DNA from: Chiloscyllium plagiosum
Lineage: Eukaryota
Length of the DNA: 44,914 nt
Assembly: GCF_004010195.1 (NCBI RefSeq)
Contig: NC_057756.1
Span: forward strand, 8,620,208 to 8,665,121
Reading direction: 5' to 3'
Shown here: piece by piece, positions 11,040-22,433 of the stretch
Position numbering within the stretch: the first letter of the stretch is position 1
How the letters are laid out: each line of letters opens with the position of its first letter
Notes under the pieces: model-generated
What the model was told of the DNA's origin: nothing
Database searches by the model: none
Seen by the model: only the letters and a program-made list of their open reading frames with translations
Position numbers and translations under genes: made by a program

Positions 11040-11295
11040 GCTCACCCGATGCTCCGCTCACGTGGTCCTTCACCTGGCGGTTTTTTTCCGTTACTCTGAT
11101 CGGGATTTGAAAATCTGAACGGTGCGCAGGCGTAGAGCCGGAGCCGGGTGCCGGCCGGAGCTCTGCGCTTGCGCAGGAGGCGCGTTAGTGACGCGCTGTG
11201 CGTCTCGTTTGACCGAGCAAGGCGGGAAAACGGCGAAGGAAGAGGTGAATGTGGTGAAAAGGAGAAGAAGGAGGAGGTGGCGGCGGACAGGTAGG
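11040..11295. promoter_or_regulatory. CpG-rich promoter / first exon, possibly bidirectional
   Basis: Strongly CpG-dense patch. Contains E-box CACGTG 11059-11064, CHR-like TTTGAA 11106-11111, NRF1-like TGCGCAGGCGTA 11123-11134 and TGCGCTTGCGCA 11164-11175, and E2F-like GGCGGGAAA 11221-11229. Plus-strand donor CAG|gtagga at 11290/11291; minus-strand donor CGG|gtgagc at 11046/11045. Confidence 0.7.
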
Positions 11296-11660
11296 AAGGG
11301 TTAGAGGTGCACTTAGAGAGACAGAGGAGGAAAGAATAGAGAGATGGAAAGACAGATAGAAGGAGGGAACCAAGACCAGAAAGATGGGGGTTGGCCGGGA
11401 GGGGTGGGGGACTGGGAGGGACAAACAAACATGGATGAGGTATTTAGAGACAGATGTAGGGAACAGAGAATGGGAGAGATATAGGGGCAAATAGGGAAAG
11501 GAACAGATGAGGGTAAATAGGTAGACATGAAGGGGACAAATAGGGATAGAGAGCTGGGGGTGTGAATATGGAATGGTAGGGATCATGGACAGAGAAGGAG
11601 TTAGTGGGGAGAAAGTGCTGGGATGAACAGGGAGAGAGCTAAGGGACAGGTTTACGGACA
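11296..11660. repeat. Purine-rich low-complexity tract
   Basis: GA-rich (GGAGAGA/GGGA) sequence right after the + donor. Confidence 0.7.
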
Positions 11661-11835
11661 TTGGAGTAAACCTCAGGAAGTTCAGCTGCTTTGAGATATT
11701 GATGGCGTTACAGTGCTAGGAACGTGTTACATAAGGTGAAAAGAGCCTGTGGCATTTGTGCTTGTGGGCATTGCCTGGCAATGGTTGATTCTACTGAAGA
11801 TTTTCGTTCAAATAGTCGGCTTTTTTTCCCAAGTC

Positions 11836-11924
11836 ACGGAGGACGTGGCCACGAAGCTGAAGGAATGGGCAGTCATGCTGGGAATCCCTGATCAGAACAT
11901 GCCCACTGACACTGCATTCTGAAA
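11836..11924 (+). pseudogene. HAUS5: Disabled first coding exon of a HAUS augmin-like complex subunit 5-like gene
   Basis: (ACG)EDVATKLKEWAVMLGIPDQNMPTDTAF*K resembles the HAUS5 N-terminus as I recall it (..EL..WAVEEMGVP....P.STLRR). The start appears mutated ATG>ACG in a gtcNNNg context, there is an in-frame TGA at 11920-11922, and the donor reads gcaagg. No convincing downstream exons were found. Confidence 0.5.
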
Positions 11925-12079
11925 GCAAGGGTAGTTTATATCATTGAATCATTGCAAACGCTAAGATATCACTGTCTGTTGACTGACGGCGCAGTCCTAC
12001 CCAATGTTTGCATATGATCCTTGTACCAAAATGTTCTGATGATCAGGAAAGAAAGAACTGGACAGGCCATGGACTGTGT

Positions 12080-12310
12080 TCTGTACAAATGAGAAGGCAG
12101 AGGGGTGGCCTGATCCAAGTTGTAAAATTAGGCAGGGACTTTGATCAGTTAGACATAGAGAAGATGTTTCCATTATTTGTATGAGATCAGAACTAGAGTG
12201 TGGTGATAGAAAACAGTCGGTAATAAATCTAATGGAGAATTCAGGCGAAATGTCTTCCCCCAGAGAGTGAATAAAAATGTGTAACTCATTCCTGCAGGGC
12301 GTGGTAGAGA
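12080..12310 (+). mobile_element. Old CR1-type LINE fragment
   Basis: Decayed GAGAAGGCAGAGGGG...ACTAGAG...TCTTCCCCCAGAGAGTG...AACTCATTCCTGCAG 3' ORF2 signature. Confidence 0.6.
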
Positions 12311-12579
12311 TAAATTGTGTTGAAGGCTGAAATCGGGGCCACAGACATTTTGTGGTGTTATGTGTTTCTGAAAACTGGAGATGCTTTGCTGTATATATCA
12401 CATACTTTGTTTATATTATGTGCTTGTTTATATCGCAGTCACAAGAACAGCAAATTTCGAAGGCCGTGGTATAAATTGTTGAAAATGTTTCAAGTTTGTC
12501 ATTCTTGTGTTGGTCCTGATGAGAAGTGTTGACAACATTGATAATAAAACTGAGAACTGTGGGTGTGGAGATATGAAAC

Positions 12580-12775
12580 AAAAGCAGAAATTGCTGGAGA
12601 AGCTCAGCAGGTATGGGAGCATCTGTAGATGGAAACCAGAGTTAACATTTTGTTTAGTGACCCTTCTTCAGGACTGTTCTGTCTGTTCTCAGTTTGAAGA
12701 AGCATCTCAGGATTCGAATTGTTAACTCTGCTTTCTCTCCATAGGTCTGCCAGACCCACTGAGTTTCTCCAGCAG
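12580..12775. mobile_element. Short inverted-repeat element (Penelope terminal-repeat derived)
   Basis: GCTGGAGAAGCTCAGCAGG...GAGTTAAC...CCCTTCTTCAG arm and inverted GTTAACTC...CTGAGTTTCTCCAGCA arm. Confidence 0.6.
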
Positions 12776-13099
12776 TGACTGCATGCTGCTGTTGTGTTGG
12801 TACCTTATCAAGGACATTGGCCAGAGAGAATGGTGGTTTCCCGTGAGGAAGTGCCTGAGAATGTCACGGCTAAGTGAGGCTGATGTTTGTGACTTGGCGA
12901 TATGTTTGTCATTTTGTTTTTACAAATAATTGCTCAAATGTAGTTGTTGCTGGAGGAGTCTGGGCACAGCAAGTTCCACAGCAAATTCCAACAAGATAAT
13001 GTCCAGATTGTGTTGTTTTTAATGTTGCTGATGAGATAAACATTGGACACCAGGAAGAAATCCATCACTGGTTTTCTTTAATACAGTTGCCCTGATAAC

Positions 13100-13290
13100 T
13101 ATGGAATTGACCTGAGCTTGGAGAGAGGACATTGCTTTAAGATCTTGTTCAAGGGGACGTATCTCTGACAGTGCAACGCTCCATCAGCAGCGAACTGCCA
13201 ACAGTATGGCACTCCCTCAGCACTGTACACTCTCAGACAGCGTGGTACTGTCTCAGCAATGACCTCCCCATGGTGCGTTGCTCCCTCGGC
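13100..13290 (-). mobile_element. Deu-domain SINE (SacSINE1/AmnSINE-like) relic with a tandemly amplified internal unit
   Basis: About four decayed copies of ACAGTGCAGCACTCCCTCAGCACTG-like units. Confidence 0.45.
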
Positions 13291-13318
13291 ATGGGCCCTA
13301 GTGCGGTGACCTTTGACA

Positions 13319-13937
13319 TGTGACGATGCTGCCCCTTTAACAAGGTTATGTTGTCCTTGTTTTTTTTCCAGAGAGGTTGTAAAAGACACAGATTCTGAAA
13401 AGTCGAAGTTGATGGAAGTTTAGGGCCAGTCGAAGTTTAGGGCCAGTTTGGTTATAGCTAACAGATCAAAGCCTTTTGCCTGTGGCAGTAAGTTTAAAAG
13501 AAACACTTGTACAATGAAAGGGGAGTGGCCAATTCTCCTGGCTCAGTTTTTCTCTAGTATACTATGGTTTAGTTTTAGTAGTAGGGTGGAAAAAGCTGCT
13601 GGACCCCAAAGGAGCAGGTCCAGGCTGATCCTCCTCTCTCTCTGGCTTCTCTCATGGAAGATCCTTGGTTTGAGGTGTTTATGGGGAATTGTTGCAAGTA
13701 TTAAGTTGGGATGATTTGTTTGGTTTTTGGATAGGTTAAGTTATTCTATATGCTGTACTCTTTTGTTTGTGTTTCATTAGATGGTAATGTAAATAAATTC
13801 TGTTTTGTTTAAAACTAAGTGGTTTGACCAATGGCATCTCTCCTGAATATCCACCTTACGCTTGCTCAAAACTAGCAAAGTTAGGGTCCAGGCTACTTTC
13901 TTGAAATGTTTTGAGGGATGTGGCCGGGTCCATAACA
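13319..13937 (+). repeat. 5' LTR of the Gypsy element
   Basis: TG...CA ends (TGTGACGAT...CCATAACA; left end approximate) and internal AATAAA. Followed by the PBS-like TGGGAGCTCATCTGAGAT (13941-13958), close to the tRNA-Pro PBS TGGGGGCTCGTCCGGGAT. Confidence 0.75.
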
Positions 13938-14715
13938 GATTGGGAGCTCATCTGAGATCTATTCTATAGTTCCAAATTGGGATTAGGTTATTGGACTTTA
14001 ACACCTATCACTTGCTGTCTTTAATATCTTTTGTTCTGGTATTGAATTTGTTTGGTTTAAACAGTGCTTGAGATAACAATAGCTGTTTCAGTCACCAAGT
14101 ATTTTCTGGGAGTGAAAGTAGTGACTTCAGGGGTTTTGCAAAAGGTGATTAAGGCCAAGTGCTGGAATGAGAAGAAAAGCTGGAGCTGCCTCCTCCCATG
14201 AGGAAAGGAGAGATAGCTCCCATTTAAATTTGCTGGAAATGCCATCAGAATCTTTAGATGTGGCTAAAATTCAATTGAAAATGAAGCAGCTTGAGTTAGA
14301 GGCAAAAGACAAGGAAAGGGCAACAGAAATAAAACAGTTTGAATTGCTTTAGCAAAAGAAAAAAAGCAAAGAGAGAAATGGAGAAAAGGGAAAGGAAGAA
14401 GGAAGGTGTTTGAACTTCAGAAATTAGCACTTAGACAGGAAAATCAACTTAAAAGGATGGAGATGAGACTGAAGGTAAGTTGAGTGAGGGTGAGCAACCC
14501 TATTGGAGCCAAAGGCCTGGTGAAAATATATTCAAGCATTGCCTAAATTTGATGATCAGGAAGTGGAAGCCTTTTTCATCTCATTTGAAAAGGTGGCTAA
14601 ACAAGTGCGGTGGCCAGTGACCATGTGGGTTTTGTGCTGTTGCAGTATTAGCATTACTATCAGAAGAGGTTTCTTGAGTATATGCAGCGGTGAAGAAAGC
14701 CATCTTAAATGCATG

Positions 14716-14825
14716 ATTTGGAGATGCCGGTGTTGGACTGGGGTGTACAAAGTTAAAAATCACGCAACACCAGGTTATACTCCAACAGGTTTAATTGCTT
14801 CCAACCTGGTGTTGTGTGATTTTTA
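14716..14825. mobile_element. 110-bp hairpin element inserted in gag with a 14-bp target duplication
   Basis: ATCTTAAATGCATG at 14702-14715 and 14826-14839. Internal inverted repeat AAAAATCACGCAACACCAGGTT / AACCTGGTGTTGTGTGATTTTT. Confidence 0.8.
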
Positions 14826-17356
14826 ATCTTAAATGCATGCCAGCTTGTGCCAGAAGCCTACAGACGGTCTTTCTGGAATCTGAGGGACCCTGGTCAAAAC
14901 TACATTCAGTTTGAAAGGATCAAATAGGTGGATAAGGGAATTAAAAATAGATTGGTGCTCTTAGAAGGACAATTATTTTGGAGGAGTTCAAAAACTCACT
15001 TCCTGAAGTAGTGAGAACTTGTGGGAAAGAGCATAGAGTTAAAACGGCAAGATTGAGTTGGTTCATAGGTCAAAGATTGGTTTCCAAAATCAATTTCAAT
15101 CCGTGAGAGATAGGAATTGGGGAAAAGATAATACTCTTGGAAAGGGAAAAGTAGATCTCAGTGAAGATCATAAGGATAACTTACTACTGGGTAAAAAGGA
15201 AACCGTTGAAGGGGAAAGAAGTTTAAATAGCTCTGGTGTTTTCGCTGCAATAAAGTAGGCCACGTGAAATCAGTGTTGGTGGGCTAGGAAAATCACTGGG
15301 AAACCAAATGTAGGAAAACAGGATAAGCCAGTGAATTTTGTTGGAGTGGTAACAAAGCACAGCGGAGGCTAGAAAGCTGCACCAGAATGTACAACCTGGT
15401 CAGAGGTTGGTTAAGGAGGAAATGCCTGATCTTCTTAAACCATATACCTGCTAAGGTAAAGTTTACTCGCATAGACCAGGAACAGCAGGTAAAGAGGTTG
15501 CAATAATAAGAGATACAAGATTCTCTCAATCCTTCATGTTGGAACATGAGAATATATGTACCTCTGAAGGACTATTGCCAGAAAAAGTGCTAGTAACATG
15601 AATTCACAGTGAGACAAGAAGTGCTCAATTATGTCGAGTGAGTTTAGAGTGTACAGAGAAGAGTGGAGAAGTCATGGTAGGCGTACTGGACAAACTCTCT
15701 GCTCCATGCATACCATTTGTCCTTGCCAACAATATAACTGATTCACAGGTAGAAATGCTGTCTACTGTGGTTGAAAAGCCAGTGGAAACTCAAAGTACAG
15801 GAAGCATAGCCTGGGATTTTTCCTGACTGGATGGTAATGAGGTCACAAAGTCACCAATTGAAAAGGAGAGATCAAAGAGTGCAGTTAAGGAAGTTGAAGT
15901 GAAATTAGCAGACTCTATTTGATCAGATGGTTGAGACAAACCAGGAGCAGATAGATGACAAAACAGACATCTTTAGTTCAGAGAAATTAACCAAGATGAG
16001 AAACTAAACCAATTGTCAAAAAAGCATATACAGAAGAAGAATCTAGATGTTTCCATAAATGCTGCTATCTTATGAATGATGTCTTAATGAGGAAATGGAG
16101 ACCATCATGTATTCAGGCAGATGAGAAATGGGCAGAAGTTCATTTAAGTCGTATTGCCAGTGGATTATAGAAAGGTGGTGTTGCAGGTCTTGTAGGAACT
16201 CCCAGTAGGGGTTCATTTAGGGATAAGAAAAACTCAAGTTAAAATATGAAAACATTTTTACTGGCCTGGAGAGCACAAGGATGTAGTTGAATTTTGCCAG
16301 ACATGTCACACATGTCAGGTAATTGGAAAACCACAGGAAGTAATAAAACCCTCACCTTTAATACCTATTCCTGCATTTGAGGCACCTTTTACAAGAGTCT
16401 TAATTGATTGCTTAGGACCTCTACCTAAAACAAAAAGTGGGAATCAGTATTAGTTAATAACACTGGATGTGTCGACTAGATTTACAGAGGCAGCTCCATT
16501 ATGCAGTATTACAGCTAAAAGGATTTTAGAGGAGTTACTCCTTTTTTCACTACCTATGGACTACCCACAGAAATACAATCAGATCAAGGGTCAAACTTTA
16601 CAGCAACATTATTCAAAGAAGTTATGGACAACTCAGGAATAAACCAATTCAAATTGCGTACCAGCCAGAATTGCAAGGACCATTTTTAAGGTGGCATCAG
16701 ACATTAAATGTCACGTTGAGGGCTTGTAATAAAGATTATCCAGATGACTGAGATAAGGGAATTCCGTTTTTGCTTTTTGCAGTCAGAGATGCACCAAATG
16801 AATTGACCAAAATCAGTCCATTTGAATTTATTTTTGGGCATGAAGTGAGAGGACTGCTAAAATTGATTAAGGAGACATTGGTAAGTCAGAATTCATAGTT
16901 TTTGAACTGTGTTAGATTTTAGGGAACAATTAAATAGAGTGAGGGAGTTGGCTAGACGGAATTTGAAAATATCGCAGCATACAATGAAACACTAAAAATC
17001 AAAAACTATCAATTTTGTTATTGGTGATAAGGTGTTAGTATTACTTCCAGTGATAGGTGAACCTTTAAAAGCAAGGTTTACTGGACCTTATCAAGTCAAA
17101 AGGAGATCGAGTGAGGTGATTTATTTGATAAAGACTCTAGACAGAAAGAAACCTGTCATGTGAATATGCTGAAAAGATGTTTTGATAACGATGAAAGCAA
17201 AAGTAGATTGTGTTATTGGTTACAACAGAGTGAAGAACTAAGTTCAGAGGATTCTGAATTGGACAATGAGGAAGTTATCAAAAATTGGAATAAATTATTG
17301 AGAAACCTTCTAGAGGAAAACCAAAAAGCCTAAAAGTTATTACTATCACTTGAGAT

Positions 17357-17655
17357 ATTAGATTACTTAGTGTGGAAACAGGCCCTTCGGCCCAACAAGT
17401 CCACACCGACCCGCCGAAGCGTAATCCACCCATTCCCCTACATTTACCCCTTTACCTAACACTACTGGCAATTTAGCATGGCCAATTCACCTGACCTGCA
17501 CATCTTTGGACTGTGGGAGGAAACCGGAGCACCCGGAGGAAACCCACGCAGACATGGGGAGAATGTGCAAACTCCACACAGTTAGTCACCTGAGTCGGGA
17601 ATTGAACCCGGTCTCTGGCGCTGTGAGGCAGCAGTGCTAACCACTGACCCACCGT
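17357..17655 (-). mobile_element. HE1-type SINE inserted between integrase and RT
   Basis: Near-identical to the SINE at 6318-6627. Confidence 0.9.
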
Positions 17656-18570
17656 GGAAATAAGTTGGGAAGTCTAACCTAACTATACATGATGTAAATC
17701 TAGAAGATGCTGTTCCGATTAAGCAACCTCCTCATAGGCATAACCCTCTAAATTTGGTGCAGGAGATTGAATGCATGCTCCAGGACAACAGTCAAAGTGA
17801 GTGACAGTGACCGAAGCTCACTCTTGTAATGGTGCCAAAACCAGATGGTACCCAACGGTTACCTGTGGACTGTTGCAAAGTAAATGCAGTTACAAAGACT
17901 GGTGCACGTCCGATTTTCCCCATTTAGAAGATCATGTTGAAAAGGTGGGACAAGCAACTTATACTTCTCAGAGGATACTGGCAGGTACCTTTTATCTGAA
18001 AGGGCGAAGCCAATTTTGGCTTTTGTGATGTCAACTGAACTGTATCAGTTCAAAGTCACGCCGTTTGATGTGAAAAATGCGTCAGCCACAATTCAGAGAT
18101 TAAGATTACCCAATTGTTCATACATAAAAAACACCTGGTGATTTTTAATCATGCATAGAAGGAACACTTACCGGACTTGTTCGGCAGGCTTGGTGATAAA
18201 CCTGGTGAAGAGTGAATTGCCAAAGTCCTGGTCAACTTCCTGGGCTATGTTATTGGACTTGGACAAATGGCACCCCATGGAATGCAAAAATAAAGATAAT
18301 TGGGGAGTTTCCCACCCCATTGACAAAAAGAACAGTACTACTATTCCTGGGATTGAATGGATTATATTGGAAATTCGTACCAAATTTTAGCAATGTGGCT
18401 GCTCCATTCACTGAATTACCAAAACAAAAAGGCAAGAAGTTTCAGTGGACATTTGACTGCCTGAAGCTGTTAACCACTGCCCCAGTGTTCACCACCCCTA
18501 ATTACGCAAAGCCATTCAAGGTGGCTGTTGATGTGGGTGTCTGTGCTGTGCTGTTACAGGAAGATGTTGA

Positions 18571-19715
18571 AAAATGTGTTGCTGGAAAAGTGCAGCAGGT
18601 CAGGCAGCATCCAAGGAGCAGGAGAATCGACGTTTTGGGCATTAGCCCTTCTTCAGGAATGAGGAAAGTGTGCGAAGCAGGCTAAGATAAAAGGTAGGGA
18701 GGAGGGACTTGGGGGAGGGGCGTTGGGAAGNNNNNNNNNNNNNNNNNNNNNNNNNNNNNNNNNNNNNNNNNNNNNNNNNNNNNNNNNNNNNNNNNNNNNN
18801 NNNNNNNNNNNNNNNNNNNNNNNNNNNNNNNNNNNNNNNNNNNNNNNNNNNNNNNNNNNNNNNNNNNNNNNNNNNNNNNNNNNNNNNNNNNNNNNNNNNN
18901 NNNNNNNNNNNNNNNNNNNNNNNNNNNNNNNNNNNNNNNNNNNNNNNNNNNNNNNNNNNNNNNNNNNNNNNNNNNNNNNNNNNNNNNNNNNNNNNNNNNN
19001 NNNNNNNNNNNNNNNNNNNNNNNNNNNNNNNNNNNNNNNNNNNNNNNNNNNNNNNNNNNNNNNNNNNNNNNNNNNNNNNNNNNNNNNNNNNNNNNNNNNN
19101 NNNNNNNNNNNNNNNNNNNNNNNNNNNNNNNNNNNNNNNNNNNNNNNNNNNNNNNNNNNNNNNNNNNNNNNNNNNNNNNNNNNNTTGGAGGGGCGGGGTT
19201 CAAGGGCGGAGGAGCGGGAAGTGGAGGAGATGCGGTGGAGAGCATCATCAACCACATCTGAGGGGAAATTGCGGTCTTTGAAGAAGGAGGCCATCTGGGT
19301 TGTTCGGTATTGGAATTGGTCCTCTTGGGAGCAGATGCGGCGGAGGCGAAGGAATTGGGAATATGGGATGGTGTTTTTACAGGGGCAGGGTGGGAGGATG
19401 TGTAATCTAAGTAGCTGTGGGAGTCGGTCGGTTTATAATAAATGTCGGTCGCCCGCGATAGAAATGGAGAGGTCTAGGAAAGGGAGGGAGGAGTCTGAGA
19501 CGGTCCAGGTAAATTTGAGGTTGGGGTGGAAGGTGTTCGTAAAGTGGATGAACTGTTCAACCTCCTCGTGGGAGCACGAGGTAGCGCCAATACAGTCATC
19601 GATGTAGCGGAGAAAAATGTGGGGGGGGGGGTGGTGCCAGTGTAGCTGCGGAAGATGGACTGTTCCACATATTCGACAAAAGGTTTATGCCCTAAATGTC
19701 GATTCTCCTGTACCT
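18571..19715 (-). mobile_element. Penelope-like element spanning the assembly gap
   Basis: Terminal repeat at 18575-18660. Right of the gap the minus strand encodes FLRYIDDCIG and IPYSQFLRLRRICS, typical PLE RT motifs. Confidence 0.85.
18731..19185. other. Assembly gap (455 N)
   Basis: Run of N. Confidence 1.
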
Positions 19716-20059
19716 ACAAAGGGAATGTCCCACTCTCTGATTTACTGGTAATGTGGGGGACACCCAAGAGGGAAATTTTACACAAATCTATCAATGGGGA
19801 CAATGATTTTTAGAGAACAAGATCCATAGTTCAAAAACAGAATAAACCTGTTCAAAGATCAAACGGAATAAATCAAGGAGTCCGTTCTGATCTCTGACCT
19901 CAGGAGGTCAGACCAAGATGTGTATCAGTGTCAGATTTACAGCAGGATGAGGAATCACTTTGGGAGGGAGTTGTTTCAGTCCATGTCAGGGACAGTAGTG
20001 CAGTGGTTATGTTACTATGTCTAAACGTGAATCCAATCCCACATTCACCTGGGGAATAT

Positions 20060-20720
20060 TTAACTGCCTGCTTTAATTGTCTGAGCACATCAATCCATAT
20101 GTACCAAACCCCTCGACAGGAAAATCCACAATAAAACTGAATGGATCGCTGGCTGTGAGCCAGGCATCGAATCAAGACACAGCAATGTCACAGCCAGCCC
20201 AGCTGACCCTGCAAAGTCCCCCTCACTAACATCTGAGGACTGGGGTCCAACTTGGGAGACTGTAGAACATAGTCACACTGACAGAAATAACACAACCCAG
20301 ACTCCCCTATCACTATCCCTGGATATGTCCTTTCCCACTGGAAGGACAGGCCCATCAGAGGTGAGGGCACAATGTGATACACGCTGGAGGGAATCACCCT
20401 GGATTAAAGGCAGTTAAGTGAATATTGACCCACTTGTCCCAGATGGTGTTGAACTACTTGAGTGTTGGAACTGCACTCATCCCCCATGCTCCTGACTTGT
20501 GCCTTGTAGATGGTGGATAAGTTTTGGGGATGCATCACAGGGTGAATATGCCTAGCCTCTGGTCTGCTTGTGTAGCCACTGTTTACAGAGTGGGTTCAGT
20601 TGCTTTTCTGGTTGATGGTAAACACCAGGGTGCTAATAGAGTAATGTCAGTGATGGTGGCATCATTCAATGTTAAGGAATGGTGGTTAGTTTCTCATATT
20701 GGAGATAGTCATCGCCTGGC
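20060..20720. mobile_element. L2/CR1-clade LINE fragments (EN part on +, RT 3' part on -)
   Basis: 20200-20400 matches the reverse complement of ~8450-8640. 20440-20720 resembles ~6045-6310 and ~9690-9980. Confidence 0.65.
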
Positions 20721-20917
20721 ATCTGAGTGTCATTCCATCCCTGCAGTGTAGAAAGAGGTTATTCGGCCCATTGAGGCTGCACCGTCTTTCAAAAAACATC
20801 CCACCCAGAGCAAGCTCTCTTCCCCTCTCCCTGTAACACCCCATTTACTATGGCTAATCCACTTAGTCTACAGATCAATGGATAGTATAGACAATTTGTT
20901 ATGGCCAATCTACAGCC

Positions 20918-21180
20918 AATGGTGGCACAGTGGCTAGCACTGCAGCCTCACAGCGCCAGAGCCCTGGGATCAATTCCTGCCTCAGGCGACTCTGGGTGGA
21001 GTTTGCACATTCTCCCAGTGTCTGTGTGGGTTTCCTCCCACAATCCAAAAATGTGCAGGTTAGGTGAATTGGCTATGCTAAATTGCCCATAGTGTTAGGT
21101 GAAGGGGTAAATGTAGGGGAATGGGTCGGTGTGGACTTGTTGGGCCGAAGGGCCTGTTTCCGCACTAATCTAATCTAAAT
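20918..21180 (+). mobile_element. HE1-type SINE
   Basis: GGTGGCACAGTGGCTAGCACTGCAGCCTCACAGCGCC head and (CTAAT)n tail. Confidence 0.85.
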
Positions 21181-21350
21181 CTACCTAATCTGCACAATGT
21201 TGAAGTGTGAGAGGAAACCGGAGCATTTAGTAGAAACTCGTACAGATATGGAGAATGTATATAAACTCCACACAGACAGTCACCTAAGGGTGGAATTGAG
21301 TCCAGGTCCCTGGAGCTGTGAGGCAGCAGTGCTAACCAGGAGGTGCCATG
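21181..21350 (-). mobile_element. Partial HE1-type SINE
   Basis: GAGGAAACCGGAGCA...AAACTCCACACAGACAGTC...GCTGTGAGGCAGCAGTGCTAACCA. Confidence 0.75.
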
Positions 21351-22145
21351 CACAAATGTTACTTGCCACTTCATCAGTTCAAGACCGGATATGATGCAAA
21401 TCTTGTTGCGTTTGAACACAGACTGCTTCAGTATCTAAGGTGTGAATAGTGCTAAGCATTGAACATTTGATGACTCCACGTCTCCTGCCATCCTTCCCTC
21501 AACTACCAGAATGAGATTCCTACAATCACTGATCCTAGTCTTCAGCAAATTTTCTTCACTCCAAGTCATAGTCAGGGACCTACTGCCTGTAGACAGCAGC
21601 CCCTCTGTTCATGCAGTGACCAGCAGTCATTAAACATCAGACTGTAGACCCCCTAATATCAGCTCTTTAATTACAGCTTGGAGCAAAACGCAGCAAGGCA
21701 AGACAGTGGAAGATGGAAATACATAATCACACTAAAATATTTACAAAACAATCTATACATCAATTGGCAAATACAAGAAGTTGTTTGATTTCAAAAAGAA
21801 ATTTCAAATAAACAAGATATGATTCAAAAGGTTATTGTTGTGTAGTGGTATTATCACTATCTTTGAGTGAGGAATCACACTAAAATCTCATCTGCTGCAG
21901 GGGTGTGAAATAATATCTCTGAACAGGTTGATTAGAAAATATAATTAATGGTTTTTGGCCAACAAACCAGTTGCTGGCAATAATGTAGTTCCTGGCTTTG
22001 TCCAATAGATGCTGCTACAGAGAGTTTCTGAAGCCTCTTCAAACGTTCCCCACTGCAGTAGGTCAAGTTTGCATGAACAATAAATGGGGCCCTTGCAGCA
22101 TCACTCACACTGGGAACAAGTTAGTAATTAAGAATAAGGAAATTA

Positions 22146-22151
22146 TTTATT
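22146..22151 (-). terminator. Candidate polyadenylation signal of the IgV gene
   Basis: First AATAAA I found on the minus strand, about 280 nt after the stop codon. Confidence 0.4.
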
Positions 22152-22433
22152 ATCTCACAGGATCAGTATTGGGGTAGAGTTAGGATTGCAAAGCTATAGG
22201 TGAACCCAGAGACTGGTTTGGACACAGTCTGTAATAACACAGGTACAATATAGTATAAAATACTGTAAAATTTGGTATTTCTCTCCTGAGCAGCTCAATC
22301 TTGGAAATATTTGTGCAAGGTGGCAAGCGATTGTTGATCCCAATTCTGAGCTCAGGCTTTCCACCAGAAATAATCCCCAAAACACTGGGCTGATTTCCCC
22401 CCCTCCCTGAGCCAGGCTCGGTGCAGTGAAAAC

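Larger units (their letters stand above)
13319..18570 (+). mobile_element. Decayed Gmr1-type Ty3/Gypsy LTR retrotransposon (gag-PR-IN-RT-RNaseH)
   Basis: gag: PKFDDQEVEAFFISFEKVAKQVRWP and zinc knuckle CFRCNKVGHVKSVC (~15237-15278). Protease IIRDT (~15503). Integrase HLGIRKT..HFYWPG..FCQTCHTCQ, LIDCLGPLPKT, IQSDQGSNF, FTGPY (~16150-17160). RT VPKPDG, GYWQVPL, PF..KNASAT (~17700-18400). RNase H LTTAPV...KPFKVAVD..AVLLQED. Many stops and frameshifts; the 3' LTR is not seen. Confidence 0.9.

Noticed and set aside
11230..11290. Arg-rich reading frame (KRRRRRRWRR) in the + first exon
   Set aside because: No ATG; most simply a purine-rich 5' UTR.
12317..12370. EIGATDILWCYV as a possible HAUS5 exon 2 (cf. 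GADIWAYI)
   Set aside because: Similarity is too short, there is no good acceptor tract, and it abuts a CR1 fragment.
18653..19607. Long ORFs of 190-294 aa in the ORF track
   Set aside because: They run through the 455-N gap; the flanks are Penelope sequence.
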